A DNA stretch of 64,000 bases, taken from assembly GCA_034780895.1 (NCBI GenBank), contig JAUZTB010000001.1, positions 46,923,925 to 46,987,924 on the forward strand, written 5' to 3'. The DNA is from Rhynchobatus australiae (taxonomy: Eukaryota). Every line of letters begins with the position of its first letter. The stretch's first letter is position 1. The translations under genes and the position numbers were made by a program. The notes under the pieces were generated by a model that was not told where the DNA came from, did not search any database, and worked only from the letters and a program-made list of their open reading frames with translations. Positions 63,891 to 64,000 of this stretch are shown in pieces.

Positions 63891-64000
63891 TGTTATGTAT
63901 TTATTGATGTGTTATTACTTCTGCTTTACATTAATAAAAAATCACTGCTTGCATTATAGCGATGCATCTCCAAAGGGCCGCTGACATTACAAAAAGTTAG

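Noticed and set aside
139-63984. Numerous plus-strand ORFs of 60-180 aa
   Set aside because: They mostly overlap titin exons in antisense and repeat with the domain period (GGPG, LPPS), so they are codon shadows with no independent coding evidence.

Overview
This is eukaryotic genomic DNA from a gappy draft assembly. The repeat families suggest a cartilaginous fish, possibly a ray; that is an inference from recalled repeat sequences. The whole window lies inside one minus-strand gene, the A-band region of titin (ttn). About 60 GT-AG exons encode tandem Ig and Fn3 domains, running from the later D-zone 7-domain super-repeats through all eleven C-zone 11-domain super-repeats. By counting from the first C-zone Ig (A43) this is roughly A21 to A163; the window stops before the P-zone and kinase. 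It includes a ~17 kb, 58-domain giant exon (20138-37677). Most introns are short, AT-rich and phase 1, while a few long ones carry decayed CR1, RTE, L1, Penelope-like and SINE relics. I found no separate novel gene system, and the plus-strand ORFs are antisense shadows of titin exons. Four apparent lesions interrupt the titin reading frame: 43 codons of an exon replaced by ~2.1 kb of foreign DNA without splice sites, an in-frame TGA, a 1-nt frameshift and a 10-codon Ig deletion. Also notable are a 39-bp exon copy with a fold-back inside an intron, two intronic inverted repeats, and possible hammerhead-like Penelope relics. Many of these may be assembly artefacts, since several N-gaps have duplicated flanks. 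Domain numbers and human comparisons come from counting and recall and need checking by alignment.
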